Virus record (IMG/VR): IMGVR_UViG_3300028887_000002
Location: 212,278 to 276,277 of that record
Reading direction: 5' to 3' (one strand)
DNA: 64,000 nt
Source: a virus
Taxonomy: Duplodnaviria > Heunggongvirae > Uroviricota > Caudoviricetes
Part shown: positions 28,810 through 38,155 of the stretch, piece by piece
Layout: each line of letters opens with the position of its first letter
Numbering within the stretch: the first letter of the stretch is position 1
Translations under genes and position numbers: made by a program
Notes under the pieces: model-generated
The model's input: the letters and a program-made list of their open reading frames with translations, nothing else
Databases searched by the model: none
Told to the model about the DNA's origin: nothing

Positions 28810-29793
28810 ATGGAAATTATTCAAACAACTTTCAATTTCACCCCGACAATTACCTTCATTGACTTGTTCGCTGGCATAGGCGGATTTCGCAAGGCGCTTG
28901 AAAGTCTTGATTGCAAGTGTGTGTTTTCATCGGAAATTGATAATGATGCAAGACAGACATATCTGACAAATTACGGAGACCTTCCGTCTGGCGACATAAC
29001 GTTGGAAGAAACAAAAGCCTTGATACCAAAGGACGTTGATATTGTTTGTGGAGGTTTTCCCTGCCAGGCTTTCTCAATAGCAGGACTGCGTAGAGGTTTT
29101 GAGGACACAAGAGGAACTTTATTCTTTGACGTAGCAGAAATCGTGAGTACACACAAGCCAAAGGTTATTTTCCTTGAAAACGTCAAGAACCTACTATCGC
29201 ATGACAACGGCAACACCTTCAAGGTTATAAAAGAGACTTTGGAAAAATTGGGATACAAAGTCTACTATAAGGTGATGAATGCAATGGAATACGGAAATGT
29301 ACCACAAAACAGGGAACGCATATACATTGTAGCGTTCGAGCCGACAAAAGTACCCAACTACGAAAAGTTCAAGTTCCCCGAACCACTTCCTCTGACAAGA
29401 ACTGCTATGGATTGCTATGACAAACTGGATGATATTTCATCAAAATACTACTACACCGATAAATCCCCTGTCTATAACGACCTCGTGGCTAATATGAAAG
29501 ACAAGACATCCGTCTACCAGTGGAGACGTGTCGGTGAAATAAGGGAGAACAAGCACAAGGTCTGTCCTACGTTGCTTTCCTCTATGGGGTGTGGTGGCAA
29601 CAAGGTTCCATTAGTCATTGATGATAGGGGGATTAGGAAATTCACACCTACGGAATGTTTGAAGTTTCAAGGCTATGAGGATTTCAAGTTTCCCAATACA
29701 ATGTCAGATAGCGTGAAATATAGATTGATAGGAAATTCGGTGGTGGTTCCACTGATAAGACGGATTGGCGAAAATATTATCGAAGTTTTTTAA
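28810..29793 (+). CDS. DNA (cytosine-5)-methyltransferase (Dcm-like)
   Basis: Motif I FIDLFAGIGGF, motif IV GFPCQAFS and motif VI ENVKNL. Start taken at the ATG at 28810 after the upstream stop. Confidence 0.85.
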   Translation: MEIIQTTFNFTPTITFIDLFAGIGGFRKALESLDCKCVFSSEIDNDARQTYLTNYGDLPSGDITLEETKALIPKDVDIVCGGFPCQAFSIAGLRRGFEDTRGTLFFDVAEIVSTHKPKVIFLENVKNLLSHDNGNTFKVIKETLEKLGYKVYYKVMNAMEYGNVPQNRERIYIVAFEPTKVPNYEKFKFPEPLPLTRTAMDCYDKLDDISSKYYYTDKSPVYNDLVANMKDKTSVYQWRRVGEIRENKHKVCPTLLSSMGCGGNKVPLVIDDRGIRKFTPTECLKFQGYEDFKFPNTMSDSVKYRLIGNSVVVPLIRRIGENIIEVF

Positions 29794-29799
29794 GAAAAA

Positions 29800-29833
29800 G
29801 TTTGTTAGTATCAAAAAATCATTCTATTTTTGC
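29800..29833 (+). promoter_or_regulatory. Bacteroidota-type promoter (TTTG 29801..29804, TATTTTTG 29825..29832)
   Basis: Consensus match with 20-nt spacing. Implies the gene start is at 29854, not 29830. Confidence 0.5.
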
Positions 29834-29853
29834 GGAAAGAAAAAATTATTACT

Positions 29854-30438
29854 ATGGAATACAAAGGATTTAGAATTTACAACGAAAAGGAAACCGAAGA
29901 ATTGAAAAGGCGTTACTTTGAGTCGCAACTGAACGGCGTTGTTGACAATGATGCGTTGATATGGTCGCAAGATGACATAAGGCTTGGTTTTATTGAAATG
30001 CTGATGGGTCTTTCTGTCCAAATGATTCACTATAATCTTGCTGTTGAGTTTGAGACTTACCATAAAGACCGTTTTGACTATCGGTTTAATTGTTTAATGA
30101 ACTACAAAAAGACAAATTGCAAGGACTTTGATGAGAAGGAATGCATTGGGGTAATCCGTGAGGAAGCACAAGAATTTGCTGACGAATGGCTTAACGATAG
30201 GAAGATGGAAACTCCTGAATGGATACTTCAAAAAGGCTATGTACTAGTGACACACAATATATATATACTAAGGGACGAGGAAAGTTTCATGCAATTTTTA
30301 AACTCCATACTCGCCAGTGGAAATAATATTGAAAAATCACTTAACAATCTTGATGATAACGGAAAACCATTAAGAATATTCCAAGGGATGTGTACTACTG
30401 GTTATGACTACGAACTGACAAAGGTGGTTAACAAATAA
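29854..30438 (+). CDS. hypothetical protein (194 aa)
   Basis: ORF. Start chosen downstream of the predicted promoter. Confidence 0.5.
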   Translation: MEYKGFRIYNEKETEELKRRYFESQLNGVVDNDALIWSQDDIRLGFIEMLMGLSVQMIHYNLAVEFETYHKDRFDYRFNCLMNYKKTNCKDFDEKECIGVIREEAQEFADEWLNDRKMETPEWILQKGYVLVTHNIYILRDEESFMQFLNSILASGNNIEKSLNNLDDNGKPLRIFQGMCTTGYDYELTKVVNK

Positions 30439-30471
30439 TTTTGGTTTAACAAAAAATAGTTAATTTTTTTT

Positions 30472-30828
30472 ATGAAAACTATAGAAAAGGTACAGAAAGA
30501 ACTGAAGAAGTATGAAAAGACCAAGATGGTCGATGGAAACGAAGTGGTTTATTACACGCCAGGTGCTGAGAAGTGCAAGGAGGCGATAAAGTTTCTCACC
30601 TACAATAACGAGCACAATCATTATGATGATGAATGGCTTAAGAAGGAATTGGAAACCATTGAGAAGAAACGCAAGGTTCTAAGTGAAAGGTGTAAGTCAA
30701 TGGAAGAAATCAACATCCACGATGGTGTGAAAACCATAAGACACGGTTACGAGGAACAGTACAAGGATGTCTGTGAAAAACTTAGGGATGTTAACCGTCA
30801 GAGAAGATTCCTAAAATATTTAATGTAA
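30472..30828 (+). CDS. hypothetical protein (118 aa)
   Basis: ORF. Confidence 0.5.
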   Translation: MKTIEKVQKELKKYEKTKMVDGNEVVYYTPGAEKCKEAIKFLTYNNEHNHYDDEWLKKELETIEKKRKVLSERCKSMEEINIHDGVKTIRHGYEEQYKDVCEKLRDVNRQRRFLKYLM

Positions 30829-30832
30829 AAAA

Positions 30833-30870
30833 TATTTGGTAGTTTGAAAAATATTGTTTTTCTTTGCACC
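30833..30870 (+). promoter_or_regulatory. Bacteroidota-type promoter with conserved AATATTTGGTAGTTTGAAAAAT upstream element
   Basis: TTTG at 30835..30838 and a TTTCTTTG -7-like element about 20 nt downstream. Followed by an AGAAAGGAAT Shine-Dalgarno-like sequence and the ATG at 30894. Confidence 0.5.
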
Positions 30871-30893
30871 GAATTTTAGAAGAAAGGAATTTT

Positions 30894-31580
30894 ATGACAG
30901 ACTTTAGAAACTATGCAGTGAAGGGGCTTGGCATTAGTAGCAATGCCTTCGACCAGTACACAAAAAGTGTAAGTGCAAGATACGGAACAAGTTTCGTAAA
31001 CCCCACAATCATTGAGGAGAGACAACTGAACGTTGCACAAATGGATGTGTTCTCACGCCTTATGATGGACAGAATCATATTCATTGGCACCGACATTGAC
31101 GACTACACAGCAAATGTTGTAGAGGCACAACTTTTATATTTAAGTAGCGTTGATGAGAACAAGGACATATCATTGTACCTCAACACCCCTGGCGGTAGCG
31201 TATATGATGGACTTGCAATCTACGACACAATGCAGTATGTGAAATGTGATGTATCAACCGTATGTATGGGTATGGCCGCTTCAATGGGGTCAATTCTCCT
31301 ATCGGCTGGAACCAAGGGCAAACGATATGCATTGCCACACTCACGTGTCATGATACATCAGCCACTCGGCGGTATTTCACAGGCACAATGCTCCGACATT
31401 CAGATTACAGCCAACGAAATCCAAAAGTGCAAGGACGAACTCTTCAAGATATTGTCCGAGAATACTGGACAGCCGTTGGAGAAAATAAATACCGATGGCG
31501 ACAGGGACTTCTGGATGACGGCGAACGAGGCATTGAAATATGGTATTATTGATGAGATTTTTGGAAAGCAGGGAAAATAA
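30894..31580 (+). CDS. clpP: ATP-dependent Clp protease proteolytic subunit ClpP
   Basis: YLNTPGGSVYDGLAIYD, the Ser nucleophile in GMAASMGS, His in MIHQPLGG and DRDFWMTANEALKYGIID. Near-canonical bacterial ClpP along its full length. Confidence 0.85.
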   Translation: MTDFRNYAVKGLGISSNAFDQYTKSVSARYGTSFVNPTIIEERQLNVAQMDVFSRLMMDRIIFIGTDIDDYTANVVEAQLLYLSSVDENKDISLYLNTPGGSVYDGLAIYDTMQYVKCDVSTVCMGMAASMGSILLSAGTKGKRYALPHSRVMIHQPLGGISQAQCSDIQITANEIQKCKDELFKILSENTGQPLEKINTDGDRDFWMTANEALKYGIIDEIFGKQGK

Positions 31581-31615
31581 TTTGTTTAATTTATAATTTT
31601 AGGAAAGGATTTTTT

Positions 31616-32449
31616 ATGAACACAAGAAGATTAATCACAATCGGAATCATTTTAGCGGTAGTTATTATTCTCATGTCATGCTTTATGAGATGTTCAAAGG
31701 TTGACAGCGCAGAGGTTGGTATCAAGTTCAACAAGTTGAGCCTTACCGAACAGGGAACATTGGACGCAACAGTCGTTACGGGTTATACGTGGTACTGCCC
31801 AGTCACAACAGACCTCCATACCTATCCAGTGTTTGTACAGAGAAAGAACTACACACCATTTACGGTTAATACGAAGGACGCAGCCGAATTCACGATGGAC
31901 CCGACAATCGCCTACCAGATAAACCGTGACCGTGCCATTGACATCTTCCAGAAATACCGCAAGTCATTGGAAGAAATCGAAGACGGATATATGAGAACTG
32001 TTATCTATGACGCATACCGTATCACTGCCAATAGATATACATCCGACAGTATTATGGGCAATCGCGCCCGTTTCGAGAGCGAAGTACGCATTATGCTCGA
32101 CACAGCACTTTCTAACGAAGGATTTATGGTAACTGAGTTCACTTCGCAAATAACACCGCCAGCATCACTCCGCGCAATGATAGACTCGAAGAATGCTGCA
32201 ATACAGTCAGCACTTAAAGCCGAAAACCAAGTGAAGGAAGCAGAAGCCAATGCAAAGATTGCTGTGGCTAAGGCTGAAGGTGAAGCCCAAGCGTTGAAGA
32301 TTAAGGCTGACGGCGAAGCATATTATAACAGAACGGTAGCCGCCTCGTTGAACAGCATCCTTGTCGAACAATACGCAATTGAAAAGTGGAACGGACAGAT
32401 GCCACAGGTCACAGGCAACGGCGGAATGCCATTCATCAACTTGAAGTAA
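31616..32449 (+). CDS. SPFH/Band-7 (stomatin/HflC-like) membrane protein
   Basis: N-terminal TM helix, SPFH core and C-terminal Ala/Glu-rich coiled coil (AEANAKIAVAKAEGEAQALKIKADGEA). Confidence 0.75.
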   Translation: MNTRRLITIGIILAVVIILMSCFMRCSKVDSAEVGIKFNKLSLTEQGTLDATVVTGYTWYCPVTTDLHTYPVFVQRKNYTPFTVNTKDAAEFTMDPTIAYQINRDRAIDIFQKYRKSLEEIEDGYMRTVIYDAYRITANRYTSDSIMGNRARFESEVRIMLDTALSNEGFMVTEFTSQITPPASLRAMIDSKNAAIQSALKAENQVKEAEANAKIAVAKAEGEAQALKIKADGEAYYNRTVAASLNSILVEQYAIEKWNGQMPQVTGNGGMPFINLK

Positions 32450-32469
32450 TGATATTTCCATAATTTTGT

Positions 32470-33177
32470 TTGTTTTATTATATTGATTTTGCACATTATA
32501 TACCCCAATATATAATGTGCATTTTTTCATATTTTATGTTGAAAATCAGAAAGATAATCAAAGATATTGACAAGACGCAAGCAATATTATTAACCTGTGT
32601 TTTTATTGATACGATATTACAATCATTAGCGTATCCAATGATTAGGAAGACCACAGGGGAACTCTTGCCTTCAAGATATTTCGCCATAGAGGGAATAGTC
32701 TGTAGCGTCTCAATCATAATAGCCTGTGCCTTGTGGAATTCAAAGAAGTTCAGAAAATTCTCCTTCAAGATATATGCAACACTTGCTGTCATTGAGAGCA
32801 TTGCCTGGTTATCATTAGGCTTGACAATGTACTTCCACTTCAACGTTTGGGTATTTGCTATTGGTTCTCTCTTGTGTGTGAGTGTCATATCAGTCTATAT
32901 CGCAAGGATTATAAATTCCTTTCGCGTGGCATTGTTCCCCGACCGCAAGCGCGAGTTCTATGACAACAACGTCCGTCTGGTTGATAGCATATCAGGGTTG
33001 ATAGGACTTGGCATTGCCGCGATATTCCCATTGCCCCTTGATATTTCAGTGCTTCTGTGGGGAATAGGTACAGTTGGTACGGTCGGGTGGTTGATAGTCT
33101 ATGGAAAGAATAGGAAACGGCTTGACAACATTGAGAAGGATGACGATGACATATATATCATTGAGGACATCCACTAA
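32470..33177 (+). CDS. polytopic membrane protein (possible partner of the SPFH protein); start uncertain (Met at 32470, 32515 or 32536)
   Basis: Several hydrophobic helices read from the translation. Operonic with the SPFH gene. Confidence 0.5.
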   Translation: MFYYIDFAHYIPQYIMCIFSYFMLKIRKIIKDIDKTQAILLTCVFIDTILQSLAYPMIRKTTGELLPSRYFAIEGIVCSVSIIIACALWNSKKFRKFSFKIYATLAVIESIAWLSLGLTMYFHFNVWVFAIGSLLCVSVISVYIARIINSFRVALFPDRKREFYDNNVRLVDSISGLIGLGIAAIFPLPLDISVLLWGIGTVGTVGWLIVYGKNRKRLDNIEKDDDDIYIIEDIH

Positions 33178-33183
33178 CCAATA

Positions 33184-34281
33184 TCAATAACTGAAAACCT
33201 TGAAGACCTTTCGTTGCAAGTCACCATTTTCAACCCAGAGCATTTCAATTATATAATACCCATATATATTCAACCGTCTTGTCTCATATGGTTTTAGCCT
33301 TATGTCATATCTTATCCTCCCGTCGGGATAATATATATAGGCATCACAAATCCTGTCAATTCCAACAAGGCATATGCCATTCTCATAATATGCAGAAGGT
33401 GTAATCTTGACAACGGCAGGTTTCCTCATCGCAACGACAATGTCCGAATAATATGTTGCGGAATATGATGTGCTGTCCATCTGCTCGAACCTGTAGTATG
33501 TCGTGTCTGACGGCGGATTGTCATCAAGGAAGGAATAATAGGTGTTCTCAATTGAATTACCCCCACAAGCAGTCGAAACCCACGCAAAGTCAGTCCAGTC
33601 TATTGCATCGGTTGACCGTTGAAGTTTGAAGCCAGCGTTATGCTCCTCGGTGGCTGTCACCCATTCAAGAAGGTTGCCTTCGGGGTCGGTGTTGACCGTG
33701 AAGGATAGAAGGGTAATGGGTAAAGGGCTACTAACTTCCCAGTATATGAAAATAGTATCAAGATATATTGCATTCTGATAAGAACGTATTCCGATGTAAG
33801 AATAAGTACCTTGCAACAGGGTCAAGTCCAACTCTTCATCCTGGTCAAAACGTGTCCATATAAGTTCACCTAGTAAAGTTCCCCTTTCCCTATTATTAAA
33901 TAAATCATTGGGTGTTGCATATGGCGTGTTTTTTCCGTAGAACATCAGTTCTCTTGAATCATTGGTATTTTGCTGATGCCACTTTACACATATTTTGTTT
34001 ATAGTACCAATTTCTGTTGTTGTGACTATACCTTCATTTGAATTTTTAGTTCTTATCTTAAAACAATTTTGTTGAAAATTATCTTCGCCCCCACTATTAC
34101 CATTGTAAACAATGTCTGAATTAAATGATTTCTCCCAAGAAGAATAACTACTACCTAATATACCAATTGATTGTTGTGTTAAAGTATCTATTATTATGTT
34201 TTGCCCCCAAACAGTACCGTTTGCAAGCAGTCCCAGGGATGCTAACAATATCATAATCATTTGTCTTACAAATCTTTCCAT
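33184..34281 (-). CDS. secreted protein with N-terminal signal peptide and C-terminal Por/T9SS sorting domain
   Basis: Signal peptide MERFVRQMIMILLASLGLLANGTVWGQ. C-terminal ~80 aa (YYPDGRIRYDIRLKPYETRRLNIYGYYIIEMLWVENGDLQRKVFKV) fit the T9SS CTD pattern. Start taken at the ATG at 34279..34281. Confidence 0.6.
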   Translation of the reverse strand: MERFVRQMIMILLASLGLLANGTVWGQNIIIDTLTQQSIGILGSSYSSWEKSFNSDIVYNGNSGGEDNFQQNCFKIRTKNSNEGIVTTTEIGTINKICVKWHQQNTNDSRELMFYGKNTPYATPNDLFNNRERGTLLGELIWTRFDQDEELDLTLLQGTYSYIGIRSYQNAIYLDTIFIYWEVSSPLPITLLSFTVNTDPEGNLLEWVTATEEHNAGFKLQRSTDAIDWTDFAWVSTACGGNSIENTYYSFLDDNPPSDTTYYRFEQMDSTSYSATYYSDIVVAMRKPAVVKITPSAYYENGICLVGIDRICDAYIYYPDGRIRYDIRLKPYETRRLNIYGYYIIEMLWVENGDLQRKVFKVFSY

Positions 34282-34364
34282 ATGAATATAATTTTTCTTA
34301 TAAATATTTGTCCAACTGGATTTTTTGCAATAACTTTGCATCATCAATTATATAAGCATTAGAA

Positions 34365-34544
34365 CTGATGAACCGAAGAAGAAAAAACAAGCGTCTGATA
34401 ATGGATATGGTCAAGGCCTTGCGGAAGAAGTCCCGCGAGGAGGAGATAGAACTGTTCGGCAAGCAGGTCTCAATGCAAACCAAGGTCTCCGAAAGCAAGA
34501 AGGCCTACAAGCGACATAGGAAGCATAGGGGAAAATGGGAATAA
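34365..34544 (+). CDS. possible small basic ORF (59 aa, MNRRRKNKRLIMDMVKALRKKSREEE...), locally GC-rich
   Basis: Open frame of about 50% GC inside an otherwise AT-rich intergenic region. Below the ORF-track cut-off. Confidence 0.3.
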   Translation: MMNRRRKNKRLIMDMVKALRKKSREEEIELFGKQVSMQTKVSESKKAYKRHRKHRGKWE

Positions 34545-34557
34545 AAAATAATTTTTT

Positions 34558-34592
34558 TATTTGTTTTTCAGAAATTCCGATATATATTTGCA
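34558..34592 (+). promoter_or_regulatory. Bacteroidota-type promoter (TTTG 34560..34563, TATATTTG 34583..34590) for the DNA polymerase gene
   Basis: Consensus match with 19-nt spacing. Confidence 0.55.
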
Positions 34593-34657
34593 TCGGCAAA
34601 TGATGTTACCGAAGTGTAACTTAACCTTGCCCTGAATAATTATATAAATTATTATCA

Positions 34658-37600
34658 ATGGAAGAAAAAAACATTTATCATTCAACCAAGGAAGACATCC
34701 AGAGTTTCCTTTCGGGTTCCAACCCGTTCGAGCACATAATCAAGATTGAGTGCGACAATACCGACAACGAGGTAACGATAATCTACCGTGACGAGAACTA
34801 CAACAAGCAGATGATGAAGGACGACTTCAAGCCTTTCTGTTGGTGTACCCAGAGGGTTGCCCGTGAAATGTATAATGGTGACCGTAACAAGTTAAAGTCC
34901 GCAATGGCAAAGTATGGAATATCTTGCAGGGGGCTTGTAACAGCAAGGTCTGACGGGAGAGTTCCCGAAAGGATGGCAAACGGCTTCAACATAATGTTCT
35001 TCGCCACCGAGAAGATGTCCTACCGCGACTTTATGAAGTTCTTCAAGGAGGCTGGCGTACCAATCTATCCGAGGGAAGGCGACAAGAACTACGACAGGGT
35101 TGACTATGTGGTTGTTGCCCCAGCCGAGCAGTATATGATACAGACGGGCAAACGGTTGTTCAAGGGGTATGAAGACTACGATGAACTGCTTAGGATGGAG
35201 TGGGACTTGGAAACCGAGGGACTTGACCCTAACAAGTGTATGATTAGCCAGATAGGTATCAGAACCAACCACGGCTACGAGAAGATTATCCCGATAGACG
35301 GCGAGGGTGACGAGAAATACGACAACGAACTGGAAGGCATACTACAGTTCTTCTCAATCATCAAGGAACTTTCCCCCGACATACTGACAGGCCACAACAC
35401 CGAGAACTTCGACTGGAACTTCATTGACGTGCGACTTAGGGTGCACGGGCTTGAAATGTCGGAGGTAAGCAAGGACTACTTCCCAAAGGGTGTATATAAG
35501 AAAGACAAGGAGAATGTACTGAAACTCGGCGGTGAAATAGAATACTTCAAGCCGACAGTGATGTGGGGAACCAACATAACGGATTCGCTGTTCGCAGTAA
35601 GAAGGGCACAGGCGCTTGATTCCAATATGAAGAAGGCCGACTTGAAATACGTTACCAAGTATTCAGACCTCAACAAGCCGAACCGCGTCTATGTGCCTGG
35701 CAAGAAAATCAACGACACGTGGGTTGACAACAGTGAGACCTATGCCTTCAATGACGAGAACGGCATTTGGTTCAAGGTGGATGACAAGGTTATGTCCCGT
35801 ACATATATAGAGGTTGATGGGAACGGTGACGATATAAGGTCTACGAGGTTTGAGTTGAACGGCAAGAGCCTTCTTGACAAGCAGGACGGTGTGACATATC
35901 AGATGGTAAGCGGACGGTATATCGTTGAACGATACCTGCTGGACGACCTTTATGAGACGGACAAGGTTGAAGCACGTTACAACCAGTCGAACTATCTAGT
36001 GGGGAAGATGCTACCAGTATCATACGAGAAGATGTGTACGATGGGTACTGCTACAATATGGAAGTACCTTATGTTGGCGTGGAGTTACGAGCACGGGATT
36101 GCAATACCAGAACCAACCAAAAAAAGACCCTTCACGGGCGGGCTAAGTCGTTTAATAACAGTGGGTTACAGTAAAAATGTAGTCAAAAATGACTACAACA
36201 GCCTTTATCCTAGCATTATACTTACATTTAAAATCAAGACCGAAGTTGACATTACAGACGCAATGTTGTCGTTGCTTGAATATATCCTAACCCAGCGCGA
36301 ATACTACAAGGGGTTGAAGAGCAAATATGGCAAGGAGGCGAACAAGTTGGAAGACCAATTGTCAACGATGGACAAGTCTCACCCCGACTACAAGAAACTA
36401 AGCGAGAAGAAAAAGGAATGTAAGCGACTTAAGAGTCAGTATGACAAGATGCAACTACCGCTCAAGATTGTTGGGAACAGTTTTTTCGGAAGTTTTGCCG
36501 CGTGCGGAACGATATTTTATTGGTCAGATATGGACTGTGCCGAAAAGACAACCTGTATCGGCAGACAGATGTTTAGACTTCTTATCAGTTGGTTTAAACA
36601 TTTAGGTTATCAACCAATCGTAGGTGATACCGATGGTATAAACTTCAAGGTCGCCGACAACCTTAGGTACACAGATGAACACCCCTACATATCTAACGGC
36701 AAGGGGCGTAATACTGAAAAGGGTAAGGCGTACACAGACGTAAGGGCTGATGTCGCGGAGTTCGAGGACTTGTTCCTGACGGGCAAGAACGGCCTTGACA
36801 TTGACGAATTCGTTCCAGCCAGCGTATATCTGAAGCGAAAGAACTATGCCGACCTTCTTGATGACGGCAAGATGAAACTCGTAGGCAACACGTTGAAGTC
36901 AAAGAAGATGCCGTTGTATATAGAGAAGTTTATAGATACTGCGATGAGAATGCTCCTGGAGGGCAGGGGCAAGGATTTCCTTGACTATTACTACGACTAC
37001 ATTGAGAAGATATACAACCTACAGATTCCGTTGAACGAGATAGCCTCAGTCGGCAAGATTAAGACCAGTATAGACGATTACAAGAAGAACTGCAAGACGC
37101 TTACGTCCGCAGGTAACAAACGTGCAAGACAGGCATGGTACGAACTTGCAATCAAGCACAACCTCAGCGTAAACATGGGCGATACAATCTACTACATCAA
37201 CACTGGCGACAAGAAGTCGTCTTCGGACGTGCAGAGGCTGACCAAATACTACCGCAAGAACCTGTTCGGCGAGGATGATGTTACAAAGGATATTACCAAG
37301 GAATACAAGACCGCAGTCAAGAACGGTACTGTTCCAAAGTCAGTTAAACTGGCGCAGTATGTAGCCGAGAACCACAAGGACATCGAGGAGAGGGACGAAC
37401 TCATATTCAACTGCGTGATGATACCCAATACAATAATGGAGGACGAGGAAACGGAGCACCTCTGCGACGAAAACTTTGAATACAACGTTGATAAGTACAT
37501 TGACATGTTCAACAAGCGCATATCGGGTCTTGCAGTATGCTTCCACCCGTCAATAAGGTACAGGGTGGACGAGAATGGAAAAACAGTCAATAACCTGTTC

Positions 37601-38083
37601 GTTTCCAACCCATCCGACAGAAAGTACTTTACCGAGCAGGAGTGCGAACTGGTTGCAGGTATGCCGTTAGACCCCAAAGACCAGGACAGTTACGAGGATA
37701 TAATGCGAATGGAGGACAAGGAGATTAGGTTCTGGACTTCAGTCAACGAGATACCGCCTTATGTTGAAGAATGCGGTATGAACTGGGACGAGATTGTAAG
37801 TGACTACAACGTAAGGCAGGAGGAACTGAGAAAGGAAGGAATACGCCAGGAGGTTGAATTATACAATCTAATCATAGACAATATGACACAGGAACAGATT
37901 GACGAGTTCGAGGATGAGGGGACATTGCCTGAAACCCTGTTGAATATCGTAGAGGAAGGAAAGGGCATGGAATTCGTATCAAAGAAGTACGGAGTCGCAA
38001 TCGGTACAATATACGACATAATTGACCGCGAACCCGTCGGAGATGGTGACAGTACACCGATTCCATCGTTCCCTTCAAATTAG
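34658..38083 (+). CDS. family B DNA polymerase with 3'-5' exonuclease domain (1141 aa)
   Basis: Exo I WDLETEGL, motif A DYNSLYPSII, motif B KIVGNSFFG and motif C VGDTDGI. Confidence 0.9.
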   Translation: MEEKNIYHSTKEDIQSFLSGSNPFEHIIKIECDNTDNEVTIIYRDENYNKQMMKDDFKPFCWCTQRVAREMYNGDRNKLKSAMAKYGISCRGLVTARSDGRVPERMANGFNIMFFATEKMSYRDFMKFFKEAGVPIYPREGDKNYDRVDYVVVAPAEQYMIQTGKRLFKGYEDYDELLRMEWDLETEGLDPNKCMISQIGIRTNHGYEKIIPIDGEGDEKYDNELEGILQFFSIIKELSPDILTGHNTENFDWNFIDVRLRVHGLEMSEVSKDYFPKGVYKKDKENVLKLGGEIEYFKPTVMWGTNITDSLFAVRRAQALDSNMKKADLKYVTKYSDLNKPNRVYVPGKKINDTWVDNSETYAFNDENGIWFKVDDKVMSRTYIEVDGNGDDIRSTRFELNGKSLLDKQDGVTYQMVSGRYIVERYLLDDLYETDKVEARYNQSNYLVGKMLPVSYEKMCTMGTATIWKYLMLAWSYEHGIAIPEPTKKRPFTGGLSRLITVGYSKNVVKNDYNSLYPSIILTFKIKTEVDITDAMLSLLEYILTQREYYKGLKSKYGKEANKLEDQLSTMDKSHPDYKKLSEKKKECKRLKSQYDKMQLPLKIVGNSFFGSFAACGTIFYWSDMDCAEKTTCIGRQMFRLLISWFKHLGYQPIVGDTDGINFKVADNLRYTDEHPYISNGKGRNTEKGKAYTDVRADVAEFEDLFLTGKNGLDIDEFVPASVYLKRKNYADLLDDGKMKLVGNTLKSKKMPLYIEKFIDTAMRMLLEGRGKDFLDYYYDYIEKIYNLQIPLNEIASVGKIKTSIDDYKKNCKTLTSAGNKRARQAWYELAIKHNLSVNMGDTIYYINTGDKKSSSDVQRLTKYYRKNLFGEDDVTKDITKEYKTAVKNGTVPKSVKLAQYVAENHKDIEERDELIFNCVMIPNTIMEDEETEHLCDENFEYNVDKYIDMFNKRISGLAVCFHPSIRYRVDENGKTVNNLFVSNPSDRKYFTEQECELVAGMPLDPKDQDSYEDIMRMEDKEIRFWTSVNEIPPYVEECGMNWDEIVSDYNVRQEELRKEGIRQEVELYNLIIDNMTQEQIDEFEDEGTLPETLLNIVEEGKGMEFVSKKYGVAIGTIYDIIDREPVGDGDSTPIPSFPSN

Positions 38084-38094
38084 GGTATAAAAAA

Positions 38095-38128
38095 ATAAAG
38101 CGGGCTAAATTGATAGTCCGCTTTTATA
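38095..38128. terminator. bidirectional terminator-like hairpin between the convergent genes (AAAGCGG ... CCGCTTT with flanking A and T runs)
   Basis: 7-bp stem read from the sequence. Confidence 0.5.
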
Positions 38129-38155
38129 ATGTTATGAAAGTATCTTATCTAATAA

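Noticed and set aside
34798-38078. Multiple 60-142 aa minus-strand ORFs inside the DNA polymerase gene
   Set aside because: They are antisense to a gene with all the family-B polymerase motifs in order, and no independent signals support them.
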